From: Trichoplax sp. H2
Taxonomy: Eukaryota
DNA: 64,000 nucleotides
NCBI GenBank assembly: GCA_003344405.1
Contig: NOWV01000191.1
Location: 1 to 64,000, forward strand
Direction: 5' to 3'
Made by a program: the position numbers and the translations under genes. Each line of letters starts with the position of its first letter. The stretch's first letter is position 1. The notes under the pieces were generated by a model. It made no database searches. It saw nothing but the letters and a program-made list of their open reading frames with translations, and was not told the DNA's origin. This document shows positions 25,831-39,739 of this stretch, piece after piece.

Positions 25831-27126
25831 TGCGATAGCGGCTGCGCGAATGAAAGGGTGAATAAAAAGAGAACTGGGCAGAATTTTGTCAATCTACAGT
25901 ATTCATACTGTAGCGTTAAGCTGAACTGTACAGTACAGTACAGTACATACAGTATAGTACAGTACAGTATGAGTGTACTGTACACTGTACAGTACTGTAC
26001 AGTACTGTACTGAACTAGGGACTACAGGATGATCACTGTACAGTACTGTACACTGTACAGTGCTCTAGAATTGCCAGTCCCGATTAGGGTGCACTGCGCA
26101 GTGTCAGTTGGTGGGGACACTAGTGGTACTGTGCGGTACAGTACTCAGTAATACAGCAGGATGTAATTTGTGCAGGTGCTGGTGTCCAGTACTACAGATT
26201 TCAACCAACGCTGAATATTAATGAGATGGAAAGCAAATTATCAACTGGAGCAAATCGCATCCAGTTGACCCTAGTGACGTAGCAAGATAGGACTGACACC
26301 AGTGGTGTGACTACCGTACTATCGCTCACCTCAAGAGTTAAGACGTCAAGTCCCCAACGACATCTATCCTAGCTTTGACCCTAGTGACGTAGCAAGATAG
26401 GACTGACACCAGTGGTGTGACTACAGTACTATCCCTCACCTCAAGAGTCTAGACAACGACATCTATCCTAGCTTTCCTATTTTACTTGATGGGGGCGATT
26501 TGGGCCCAAAAAGTCTTTCAAAAAGAGGCCTAGTTTATTATTGTATAGCNNNNNNNNNNNNNNNNNNNNTGCGATAGCGGCTGCGCGAATGAAAGGGTGA
26601 ATAAAAAGAGAACTGGGCAGAATTTTGTCAATCTACAGTACAGTACTCATACTGTAGCGTTAAGCTGAACTGTACAGTACAGTACAGTACAGTACTGAAC
26701 TAGGGACTACAGGATGATTGCTGTACTGTACACTGTACACTGTACAGTGCTCTAGAATTGCCAGCCCCGATTAGGGTGCACTGCGCAGTGTCAGTTGGTG
26801 AGGACACTAGTGGTACTGTGCGGTACAGTACTCAGTAATACAGCAGGGTGTAATTTGTGCAGGTGCTGGTGTCCAGTACTACAGATTTCAACCAACGCTG
26901 AATATTAATGAGATGGAAAGCAAATTATCAACTGGAGCAAATCGCATCCAGTTGACCCTAGTGACGTAGCAAGATAGGACTGACACCAGTGGTGTGACTA
27001 CAGTACTATCGCTCACCTCAAGAGTCTAGACAACGACATCTATCCTAGCTTTCCTATTTTACTTGATGGGGGCGATTTGGGCCCAAAAAGTCTTTCAAAA
27101 AGAGGCCTAGTTTATTATTGTATAGC
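25831..27126. repeat. Direct duplication across a 20-N gap (25831-26549 vs 26570-27126); probably uncollapsed haplotypes
   Basis: Both copies abut the gap (N 26550-26569). Copy 1 has a longer TACAG array and two copies of a ~110-bp unit (starting TTGACCCTAGTGACGTAGC at ~26265 and ~26375), whereas copy 2 has one. Confidence 0.9.
25927..26062. repeat. (TACAG)n/(CTGTA)n pentanucleotide array in both orientations (shorter version at ~26635-26750)
   Basis: GTACAGTACAGTACAGTACATACAGTATAGTACAGTACAGTA followed by GTACTGTACACTGTACAGTACTGTACAGTACTGTAC; self-complementary. Confidence 0.9.
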
Positions 27127-28436
27127 TGTAATCCACTAGAATTATCCAACATACTTTGACTTGATTGACTTTCTCTTTGATTTCCTCTGTGCAACTCTGA
27201 AATCCTGCTCTACTGTACAATAAGTGTACATGGAAGCTTGCAAATTCCTATTGTAATTCCACTAGGTCAACTGGTGACGTGACACGCTGATCCAAAATGA
27301 ATTACGCCTTTCTCTTCTGCTTGATAGCGTTGCTCATCAAATTAAGCGCTGTGAGTTTAATCATGTCATAATTAGAAATGAATCATTTACAGTTACAAAG
27401 CTTAAAACTAAACTGATCGATTGCATCTTGGTTACGCTATGGATGCTATTACAATACTTATTAGTCGAGATGCTATGATATGTCACAACGATGAACATGT
27501 TGAAATGTTGTTAGAGTTAGACGCATAGTCTATAAAGTAGCGATAGACACAAATCAATATTGACTGCTATGGTAAAAGATCAACTACAATATCATACCCA
27601 CATTGTACAACCAAAGCAAATTAGAATTTATAGACTCTACATTAACAAATAGGACCATCTACGACATTCATAGTTTGTTCTCAATACTAAGGCGTAAGAT
27701 AATAGACTAATACACTTTGCTTGAATTTCAATCATTCCATAGGGTCAATTTAGCAATTCACGATGTATTTGCGTATGTCCTAAAGATACCGAGTACACCA
27801 AGATTAGAAATGTATTTATTAAAGTGGTGGAATCCACTCAAAATTGGTAAATTCATGGTGATATCTTTGCTGTTGCAATACGTTTTCATGTATAATATCA
27901 TCCAAATGATACTGCTTTATAAAGTCAGCCACAAGATAGAATGATAAACGTAAAATGTCTTCAAACTCCTACTTCCGGTCTCATCCAAGGATCGCAACGT
28001 GTAAAATAGTTACTGTTATTGTGCGAAGACACATCCGTGCCTAAAGACACAGTGATGTTATTACATACCGATACTGTTAGTAATTCTTATACAGTTTGCA
28101 AGCGTACCACTTGAACTGATTCTAGAATTAGTGTTAACGCCACTGGGTACTGTAAGTAAATGGCATTGATTCCTTGTAATTACTTGGATATGAGATTGAC
28201 TTCAAGCTATAGCCGCAAAATGGAACGATTATTTGTATCTAGTCAAGAACTATTCACAAAAGTCATTACTGCTAACTGATTAAACGATAAAATATCTAGG
28301 TCTTCATCAATAATTATCATTGATACTTCATATAGAATTGTTTGATATCATGCCTCTTACTCAAAAGGATGAAGTACTGTATAAAGAACCACTTTATCCT
28401 ACATTTCTGATATATACAAAATCGCTTTCAATATAG

Positions 28437-29695
28437 CACCTGCTCCAAGGCTGTCGGACTACCAGATATATTTTGCCTACGTTGCCAGTGTAAATTTCAA
28501 ACTCGCAATATGGGTATCAATCAGGTAAATTGTTAGAATAGCTAAAATGCTCTGCCAGCTGGGTATGATTATACAGCATACTAGCCTGGTAACATAGCGA
28601 ATGTAATGACAGATATAGTAAGTTGAAAACACACTATGAAATTAAAACATAAAAATATTGTACCTCTTGGAATATCTTTATCACATTTTTCTCAACGTTG
28701 CGGTTCAATACTTTTACAGGGCGTTGTTATTTTCGTCTTGGTTGTATTAGCATTGCTGCTATTGTATCTAACGTATTCAATTTATGAAAAGTACGCAAGG
28801 AAAGAACTTCCAAGAAATAGCCAGATGCAGGTAAATTATCAATAGTGCTAATTGTTAGTTCTAAAGTGACAGCATATTTCCATCTCGACCAGTAACCCCT
28901 ATATAACTAATTGAAAATTGTCATGATAAGAAAACGATCATGATTTGACTACTCAATACTATAGCAAATGGCGTGATTAAAATAGGGACACCCTAGTTGA
29001 AAATTGGAATAGATGAAACTTTCTTAAATACACGTATTTCGTTTCAGTAGTTGGCCATCATTAATCTTACTCTTCATCTTAATACAAGTGTTACAAGACT
29101 CTAATAAGCTAGTAAACCTTACTATTAAAATAAACTACAGCCCTTTTAATAGTTGTGATTTAAAATTTATTTTTTACCGACACTGAAATTGCGTTTAGAG
29201 CCAGTCACATAGGCATATCCCATTAGGCGCATTAAAATTTTAATAGAATTTTATATATAAGCATTCTAAAGTATCCACTCTATGGCTCATGCCGCAATGG
29301 TGCTTCTATTTACAATGAGAAACTACCTACTATTGTTACTAAGTAGGCGTTTGCAGGAGTTTGTAAAATACGTACAGATTATAGAAATATTCGTAACTAG
29401 AATAATTACAATCAGTAATAAATATCCTCGAATTTGTATATCTAAATTTTAGCTAGACAACTGATTAAATACGCTTGATGACTTACACTCCAATGTCTTT
29501 GAAAATGGATCTTGTAACGGAATTTTCTTATCACCAGCCGACATTAACATCACTAATTATATTTCTCTATAGAATCAACAAAATTTGAATACCGAATCCA
29601 TTTCCAATCGAATTATAAGATTTCGCACCAACTGGAAAAAGCAACTTACTGAACAGCAAAATAATATTTACGTTCGTCATAATATGTTATCGTAA
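28437..29695 (+). CDS. TMEM9: TMEM9/TMEM9B-like single-pass membrane protein (last three exons; 5' exons unresolved)
   Basis: Exons 28437-28524 (TCSKAVGLPDIFCLRCQCKFQTRNMGINQ), 28720-28830 (GVVIFVLVVLALLLLYLTY..., TM helix) and 29573-29695 (...NRIIRFRTNWKKQLTEQQNNIYVRHNMLS*) join in frame. They match TMEM9 hallmarks CLxCxC(K/R)(Y/F)xxR + TM and C-terminal WKxQxxEQ....(F/Y)xRHxMLS. Confidence 0.85.
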
Positions 29696-32600
29696 TTTTG
29701 AGCTGCATACTAATATTTAGGAATGATGCGATAGCAAAATACTACATTTTAATAAATGCTCTACAGCTAAAATAAATCAATTCTCTGATAGCAGTCTGCA
29801 CTGATTTATCCCACAAATATCATTATCTGTTTTAAGTTCCGGAATGTTTCATCATGTAGATTAGGAATATTTTGTTGAAGCTTCAATTTTGTTCAAAATT
29901 TAGTCCACTTCAACAGCAATCTTAGCCAAGATTAATCTAGATTATTTTTATGCTATTTAAATGTCTAAGTAGATACTATCAATTCTTTATCTGAAGTAAT
30001 ACAATGTCTCCAGTGTTGAAGTTACTGCAGATTGCGGCAATTCGATAGGATGTGGTATCATAGACTTGTCAGACCTGACCGTTACACCGAATGACTCTAT
30101 TTTTATAGTCTATAATAAGAAATTCTACTGCAGAATCTTTGATTTATACTTATTCTGAGACGTGTACTTGCAACATATCACAGAACGAAATGCATGTACT
30201 GTCAATTTAATTAATTAATTATGAGAAAATACGTCACTTAAGTAATTGCGTACTATAAAGAGACCTCCAATTTCAGTGGTGCCCAATTATAGCATCGCTA
30301 AGACTATTATTATTTAATGGGTTACTATTTATTATATTATATTTTGAACTGCAATCATGGTCCAAAATAAATGAGCTAGAAATATTAAAATTTGAGAATA
30401 ACAAGCCGATTCGAATTGGCATAGAAGCAATGCTGTAATGATTTAGCTAATTGCAGCAGTTATGTAGTAGGGTTAAGAAATCATGCACTAGAAAGGCTGA
30501 TCATTGATCAACGACATGGGATGGTCTATCAACTTCTATGTTAAAAGTGAAAAGAACGTACAAAGTGCGTACTAAACAGACTGACTGATTGGCATCCGTG
30601 TTCCTTGGTAGGTTCTTTAGCGTCATTTATATCTCCAAGTTTACCGTAGCTAAAATCATACCTATTATTCATGTAAGATTTTGCTTCACCAATCTTTTCC
30701 ATTATTCATAAAATATCATCAGCACTCAATACATAAAGAACAAATTTGTTGGTGAATCACTATCGTAGTTATCTAGATTTTAAAATACGATCTTACTGAG
30801 ACTTATTGCAACGTTTACGTTGATTTATCGTATCACAGTAATGTATAATGCTGAGAAAGGAGCAGCACATCGCATTTGAAAAAAACTGAAGCTGTATGGA
30901 ATTTCAATAAAATTTGTGCATCCGGTAGCCTATCGCAGTATACTGAAAACAAGCATAAACAAAATGAAAGAAAGTTATACCTTATGCAATAATGTGTTGG
31001 AAGCTGTAAAAGAATGATATACTGTACGAGTAAAATCACAAATTTTACATCCACTCAAAGTAGAACTTTTTATCTAAAATAATTTTTTATTAAAGCGTTT
31101 AAGTAGAAATGATCGAAAAATATAAAAGCAAACTATATAATGAATAAAATACAAATTAGTCATTGCCCAGACGTTTCTAAGGCAGAATTTTGTGAGCAAT
31201 TTAATAAACCGTTAATTAATAGAATAAATGTGCTATAACTACGAGTGCCCGAGTACTGCACGTCATTGTACAAAAATGTAAAGAAAATAAACACCCGATC
31301 GTCACGCATACATCCGTGAGCAAATTTTTAAGCTACGAAACAGCCAATTGTAACTATCTCAATATAACGATGAATCTGTTAACAAATCGATAAAGAAACC
31401 TGTCTCAATAATTATTTTTAATTTATTATCAAGTTATTAAATTTAGGTATCATGAATATTAATATGTGATCAATTACGTCCGTTAAAATAAAATAAAACA
31501 GTTAAAATTACGGGTAAAGCGAAATAAATAAACCATGAAAGAATTAATGGGTAACTATGATTTTAACTAGCTAGCATCATTAAATTCCTAAGTTGATAAA
31601 TGATGATAATTTTCATCAAAATTCATCAGAAATTTGGAAATATTTGTAGGATCTCAATGTTATTGGCAACAAACATGGTAAAGATGATCATCACGTAATC
31701 AAAGTATCTGCCAGATAGTTGTCAACTACTGAGATTAAAACGTAGAACAAAATTTAGACTATTCCTATTAGACTATTAGGCTATTCCTACTCATTAAAAA
31801 AATTCAAAACAGCTATTTAAACTTACGAGATGCTCGTATTTAAAGTCTACTGATGTAAATTTTTTCGTCCTAAACAATCAAGATTATATATTACCTTCAA
31901 TAGACCAAAATATATACAGTACAAAGGTCGATCGATTTGAGATAAAATAAGACACTATGTTTAAGACAATATTTAAGGGCCTGATTCTCTTAGCAAGCAT
32001 TTACTATTGCTAGATAGTTTATTTTATTTTCAGGCTTACAGTATGATTATATCTGAATCTTAAATAGACAAGTTTATCGTTTTCAATTTAAGATTCAATT
32101 TTATCATACCTTCGATTTTTTCAATGAATAGTTAAATGTATATAATTCGCATAAATGTCTAATAAAATGTATCTTCAACACGAAATAAATACATCTTATT
32201 ATCTCAATCATTACTATATATACAAAAAATCGAAACTTACGACAATTGTGAGAGAATTGCATTTAGTAATATTTTTAACCTTGATCACATTAGCTAAATT
32301 TATAAAAAATTTGGGATACCTTTACCGCTTCACTACTTGAATTTTTACGTATAGCATCATGATCTCAATCATCCATGTACGCGTATTCATTAACACAACT
32401 ATTAAAGAGTGTAGAAAGGTGTCCGTAAATATGTATATTATGATAGGGGAAATCCTGTCGATTACGGATTGTCCCCAGATAGTGTGACGTGTAAGTCTAA
32501 ATATCATGATTACGATTAGCAATAAACATAAAAAGTGACTACTATTTGAATATAGGTGCTAAGTTTAATTAGCAGCTTTCGCATGCTCAGCTAGAGACAA

Positions 32601-35600
32601 TTAGTAGGTCCGGAAGTCGGAGCGAGAATCGGGAATCGACGTTAAATATTAGTCTACCTGCCTATGGATATCGTAATATCTAAGAGACCGGGGAGGCCAT
32701 ACAAAGCTAATATTTAGAATGCTATAGTAAAGCTAGTAGAACATAGACTTGTTTACAAGCAAAGAATTGATAGCGGTCTTCTTTTATTCCTGAGTCCAAT
32801 CTTTAATTGGACAAATACTGTTAAACTGTAGTCAAATGCATTTTTTTTAAATAAAGGTATTTTTCTTATACTCTTGACAAGTTTATTGACTGTATCAAAC
32901 TAAAGAGTTGAACTATCGTATAGTAAATTACTGCATATAGGTACCACGTTACAAAGAGCATCTGTTTATTCATTATCAAATTGTAGGTTTGCAAGATATT
33001 TAATTACACTGAAGCGCTAAAATTTACCTGTTGATGTTAAAGCTTGAGAATTAATGATTTGTTTGCGTAAGACAAACTGAAGTATAATAGCTACCATACA
33101 CAACAACTGCTTTTTATTGAATTATGCGTGCCTGTATCGTAGAATTTGCATTAGATGCTAGTAATAGTACGAGATAAATTGCTCAAGTAGAAAATTTTAT
33201 TATCCTAACAAATCTAAGTAGATAAAAAAATAATTGAAATACAATGTATTATAAGAGGACAAAACATAATTTGTATTTTTTAGGATACTCGAATGATTGA
33301 TGTTTGCTTACAGTCAATCGAAAATCATGCTGTATAATTGTTATTTTGATAACGAAGTAATAGACCAACATCTATTTCTTAAGCATTTATTTATATTAGC
33401 AAGTATTAAATCATGATAAAAGTGAGGTATTTAATTGATAAAATAGTCAATCAACGTAAGATAAAATATTCTATATGTGTGCCTTTATGCGATATATTGA
33501 GGAACAATATTTACTTATACCCTAATTAATGATGGGGTACTCTTTGATTTCCACAAAAACGAACAGCTGCCTGTCTGATATTTTTCTGACGCCAATTTAA
33601 TGTGCATGCAACGGTAAGGAAATAGAACGTTAAAGATGGAAATCATTTCGTTCTCTAACATCCATAATTTCTACTAAAATTGGCTACCTTTATCTATTCA
33701 TTCATCCATCAATCAATCATTAGTAATTAGTAAATCCACGGTTAAAATCATAATACAAACATTTCCTTAACGTAATCAATAACGCTGAAGCGAAAATTAG
33801 ATGACTGAATCAATAATAATATTTAAAATTAATTAGATTCATAAGAGTTTAAAGCTTATCTTTTGTCGACTACTTGTGAAGAGGAAATCATAGCTAGTTC
33901 TATTTCAGTTAACATGTCTCATTTTCAGAATATTAGTCCACAAAATAATATACAATGCGCGTACTTATTAAGGAACCTATACAGTACTATTTTATAAGTC
34001 CAATAGTCAAAATTCGAAGCTGCTAACAATGTATCTTCATTAAAGACTGCCTAATGGTCTTGATAATTGTCAGATTAATACCATATCAAATTGCATATTG
34101 CCATTTCAACAAGCACCATACTACCACTTTGTACATAAATATAATAAGCAGGATTGCATCGGATGCAATTAAAAACAGTGACTTAGAATCAGATTGAAAC
34201 AGGTCAAAATTTTAACATAAACAGTACGGTACATAACAACGGAAGACTTTTATTGTCTAGCTCTAACTTAGATGAGCGTATTTCAAGTAGCACCTTCACG
34301 CCCTTTACTAAAAGTTTCTAAGAGCAAATCGAATCAAACTTGTGCTAATTAGCCAATATATTGTACGATGATTTTTATAATTAATGGAACGTGTATTTTT
34401 GAAGTTAATTAATGAAAACTTTTTCTAACACCTAATTAAATTATATGTCTATAACACAACATATTTTGACTAACTCCATTTTACTCTTGCTTGCTAATTA
34501 AAACCATATGCACATTTGTATTTCGCAGTCTCAATTATCTGATATTTCACGCCTTTCAGATGCTAACGACTTCTTAACGATGAAATCTAGATTACAGATT
34601 TAACCGCTTAATTAGGCCGATTTACATAATGTAAAAGACGATATTATTTACTTAGCTATGCTAATTAATATCACTACGTATAGAAATTATTCTATTTATA
34701 GATGTTTTCACCATATTAAAACAAAGAATATTGTGTAAATTAATCAAGCAAGAAATACAATAGATAATATCACTCAATCTATCTTTAAATTAATTAACCG
34801 TATTTAATCAAGATAAACTACAAGTAAAATGCTTGCTATATCCTATATAGCAGATTAATATTCTAATATGTATGCGAAAAGAAGTGTTACTTTACATTTA
34901 TATTTAGTGCATAATACATTCACAATTCATTACTATATATGATTATTTGCGTCTTCAATGTTTTTTGTTGAGACTTTTCGATTAAATGAAAAAGTATAAT
35001 CTAGGAATTTTCAGTTATTAGACATATTAAACTAAATTCAAGTATTTGAACATTGTAAGCTACAAATATTCCCAGCTTCAATAACAACAGAATTTGCTTT
35101 TAATAATTGAATGCCAGTGTGATATACCTAGCCATCAAATATACATCGCTTTGATACTTTCGTCTACTTTATATTATCACTTTTTTTCCTCACTCTCTTC
35201 CAAATCTAAACATTTAAATGACCGTGAGTACCAGCAAACAGGCATTTCACTGACAAGATTTGTACTGTTATCATCGGCTCTACGAGTATTTCAACTAATA
35301 CTGTCCAATCTCGAATACATAACATCGCTTTATTTTTGTATGTCATATCTACCGAACAAAAACTGAATTTCACGGTTTATATGCCACCTTAACCTTATGT
35401 TTTTAATTAATGTCTGGTCACTAGTTTACTTAATTACTAATTATCAGTTGTCATCAGTATTAATGCTACGAACAGCCTTAACTCAATCGTGGCAGTATAA
35501 ATGATATAATAGGAATCACAACGCAGTGTAGACTCTACTTAATTTAATATCAGCCAATCTCGCATGCTTAGTCGAGCATTTCCTCCATATATCTCAACGA

Positions 35601-38600
35601 CTCAGATTCTGCTATCATACTTAATACACTACAGTAGCCTTATGCTTCTAATCAATCCTTGGTCATTACATTTAGATATTGCCTATCTCCTACGTATTAC
35701 TAATTATCACTAATAGTTTTTCACGAATCTTCCTGGTAGCATCATTACAATTACAGATGACTATTTTCTTTTCATTACTTTATTGCACTATCAACTCAGG
35801 CGTGTTAGTTAAATCACTGGCTATGATCTATTTATACTAACATAATGCATTCTCATGAAAAATAGTAATAAGGAAAGCTTTGTTTTTATTTTATTAAGCT
35901 CATTTACATCATTCCAGACATACGTAATCTAAAAATAATTATTCTGTTTAAATTATCAGCCAAAATGTATAATCCAGTACGGCAACGGGGCGATCTCCAA
36001 TGGCAGTTCTCACTATTATTTCATAGAAAAAGAAAATTCAATCTCAAATACTATTAACAGATAAGCTGACCTCATAAAAATCAAAATTGTATTCCATCCG
36101 ATAAAGAAAGCATCTATACCATAAAAAAATACCAATTTAAATTTTCTAGATATGCTAAAAAGCATCGCTTGACAGAACTCCCGTGCACTAGCTTAGACTG
36201 TAAGAGAAATATGCAAGCATAAGCTGTTAGTAGAAATCCCTTAAATTCTATTTTGGCAGTAATCGTATGAAACAGTTATTCTCATTTAAAAGAAGAATAA
36301 TACCTACCTTCTATCCATCCCGTGGTTTTTACTAGCATTTACCATTTCGAGGCTGCATTTATCGCTAATATCAATATAAGTATTCTCCACAGAATATATT
36401 TAACTGTTACATCTAATCTAGCAGTAACGATCTGGAAAAATTTTATCCATCCATTGGTACAGAGAAAATATCATCCCCGCTTAAAAGATGGTCATAACTA
36501 TCGACTAATTCTAAAAAGATGTGCAAAAAAATTTAGGTAGCATAATCCCGGCTTACATTGAGGCATAATATTTTTACTAGAAAGCGCGAATATACTAGTT
36601 AAGATTATAGCTATTATAGAATATATTAAATTATCAACTGCATAAATCTTATATAAGGGTGGGAAAATAAGTTAACTCAGGCCATCTTCGGTCTGAAAAT
36701 ATTACTGTAGTTCATTACAGTATAAGACATGTTCATCTGAAGCAAAAATGAAGTTCTAGTGTTGCCAATATTCTATCATATCACGTTTTTAGTATGTCAT
36801 TGCAATAACGCTTGGCATTCAAGGGTTAATAAATGAAGATTAAAAGTTTCAGTTTTTGCCATTATATATTTTATAGATTTTTGTTACGAACGTAAATATT
36901 GATAACTCCCAGCAAGTTAAGGCGATTTAGTAACTAAAAATTTGAATAAGGTCATTCACTTAATATTGGACATTTTACATTAATCAGGTATAAAAAATAT
37001 TCTATACCATGTCATGTAGTATTATAAAGGCCAATGAGCACCTTTAAAATATAAACGCTATATTTCTATGATGGTATTTAGTGAATCTCAATTTACATTT
37101 AATTAAACAGCGCTCCAATTGACACATTTAAAGATAATTAGACCATATAATAGCTGCGAGATTCAGGCAGATTTGGGCCGAGGCACAGTAGAGTTCAGTC
37201 CAGTCTCGCCTGTCTCGGTCATCGATTTTATGAATTAAAATTACTCCAACGAATTTAGATAATAAAATACAATCCACGGGTTTTATTGTTTCTTTTATAT
37301 TTATACTACCTCCAGTTTCAGTAGGTAAACAATAATATGCCACTTATTATTGTAGTAGAGTAATTGATGATGAAAATATTAATTTATAGATACGTATAAA
37401 GAATCTATCAAGCCGCAGCGGTTACAAAAATGAAAATTATTTAATTAAGTGCAACTTAAAATTTCATTACGGATTACCTCGCAAATTAATATCAGCCGTG
37501 GGATGAATTTGATTACACATTCAGATGAATACTACCACTCAGTATGTCTCGATACTTATTATTGATAAACAAGGTCATCCATAGAACTAATGTCGCTTAG
37601 TAAATGTTAGGAATCATCGTTCATTCAATTTAAATACAACTTACAACACATTTGGATTATATTACAGTATTGATGAATCAGCCTTTCGTCACTATAAGAT
37701 CCTTATTCCCAAATATATTAATAGTATGATACACTAGGTTACGATTTGGCTACAATTCTAATTCACTGAATGATTTTTATAATTATCAGACAAACAGGAA
37801 ATTACTCGAGGAAATAATTATTCATTAAAAATAGCTAGTCTAGTACCCGTTCAAATGAGCAGGAACGTATGCTACACAAAACATTACTATGAAACAAAAT
37901 TCATAGCTAGGTTATCATACTATGCATGAATCCCTTCTTCTTAGTGTGCCTAGACAGCTACTACTTACAATGATGCATCAAGTCGTTACTGGTATCGGGA
38001 TTTCAATTTTCAGTCAAATACTACTAACGAACAGCTTTATAATATTTTTACTCTATATCCTTGAAAAAATGAGCTGGTTCTAATACATTTTACAGTGTTG
38101 CGTTGAAACACTACACAATAAAATTAGGTTTATTATAATAGAATACCTTAATACGATTATTTTACTACAAATAGAATCAACATAATAGCAATATTGATTC
38201 ACAAACTCCATCACGGAAATGAAATCCTACAAAACATCTACAATTACCACCTTAATTTAAACAGCTTCTAACCCTTCCAATTTTTGTCAGGCTTGTTCAG
38301 CAAACAATTGCCGATATCACAGTATATTCTTTGTATCGCAAAATATAAATCCTATAATATAGAAAATCGTTACATGCGTAATAAAAGTTTTAGAATAGGA
38401 CATGTATGCAGTTAGAATGTCTAGATGTAATTGGTGATGCAGATTATTAATGTAAAGCGTAGAAGAAGCTATTATTAGTTAATGCTTGATATTATGGATA
38501 TATTACATGTTTTACGCTATGACTCCAAATTATGGATTTGCATAATTGTATCCTTCATGAAATTAAGAGACGAGTAGTTCCGGAATTGAACTTTGGGCTT

Positions 38601-39739
38601 CGTCTCCGAGTATATTATACAGTACAGTACAAGGGATATTGTCTTACTATTACAAAATCTGTCTTGCTTTGATGCGAGTTTATGACCATAAAGGCGCCGA
38701 AAAAGACACAACGGAATAAAATTTGGATAATCTAAAGAATTTTTATTATTTAAATGTTTTATTTTTATAATTATCTAGAGGATATTTAGCTGTTTTAAAA
38801 TCAATAAATGAAAAGTCCATACAAGTATCTTTCTGTTTTAAAGACAGGACTGAAGTGACCTTGTAATTGAAAAGGGATCAATCAAGAAAACTTCCTACAC
38901 AGATGAATAAACGTATTGCATATAGATTGTTACATGCGTATTATTGTATTAAAGGAAGTTGGCTTAAACCTTACAACGAAGGAATATGTTTACTACATTG
39001 CAAGCAATAAATAAGTACAAACGTCGGTAATGAAACTAAGTAAAATAAATTTTTAACACTTTAATGAACATTTAATTGCCGTTAAAATTTACTACAAAAT
39101 TAGTAGTTAAAGGAGTAGAATTGAAGAATTTCATTTCATCAAGAGTGGCAAGAATTAAAAAATAGATATGATCTTAATGGAACAAATACTTAGTTCGTTA
39201 GCATAGCTAATATACTATACAAAGGCAGATACGTCGTTACATGAATTAAAGAAAATTAAGTCAGTAAATTAACATTTTATGAGACAATTTGTAATTTTAG
39301 TGCATAATGAAGTTATCAGTACGAATAGAGTATTGTTCTTATAGGCATGTTACTCAATATTTCATCTAGCTCATATTTTTACTCTAATAAAACTAGAATA
39401 AATAGAATTTCAAGTCACTTTAAGTGAAGATTTATGTGTAGCATTTGCAACCACTACTTTTCTACTTAGTTTATAAAATAGGATAAAACTGAATTACAAA
39501 AAGTAAATAATTTTTAAAGTTTTCCTTACTGCCCTCTCATTGTATATAAGATACGGTAGATAGCAAACCTACGTATGTTTAAAGTACGAATATTTTTTCT
39601 CGTATCTATAAAGATATATCATATTTTTAAGAATTGTAGCAAGAGTAGTCGCTTACAATGGTCAAAGTTAAATTAATACATCTAGAATGCAGAGTTATAT
39701 TTGCCGTCAAGACAGATTTTAATCGAATGATTTAGAATA

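Larger units (their letters stand above)
24200..27126. mobile_element. Decayed mobile-element block between parvin and TMEM9-like genes
   Basis: Higher GC than flanks, intronless broken ORFs, a CxxC...CxxC fragment, TACAG/CTGTA arrays, an internal ~110-bp tandem duplication, and a hairpin-CTAG end at about 27079-27110. The left boundary is uncertain. Confidence 0.55.

Noticed and set aside
25752-26013. ORFs on both strands rich in TVQYS/LYCT
   Set aside because: They are translations of the TACAG/CTGTA satellite.
26265-26475. Repeat-spacer-like pattern suggesting CRISPR
   Set aside because: Only a two-unit ~110-bp tandem duplication in eukaryotic DNA; no unique spacers or cas genes.
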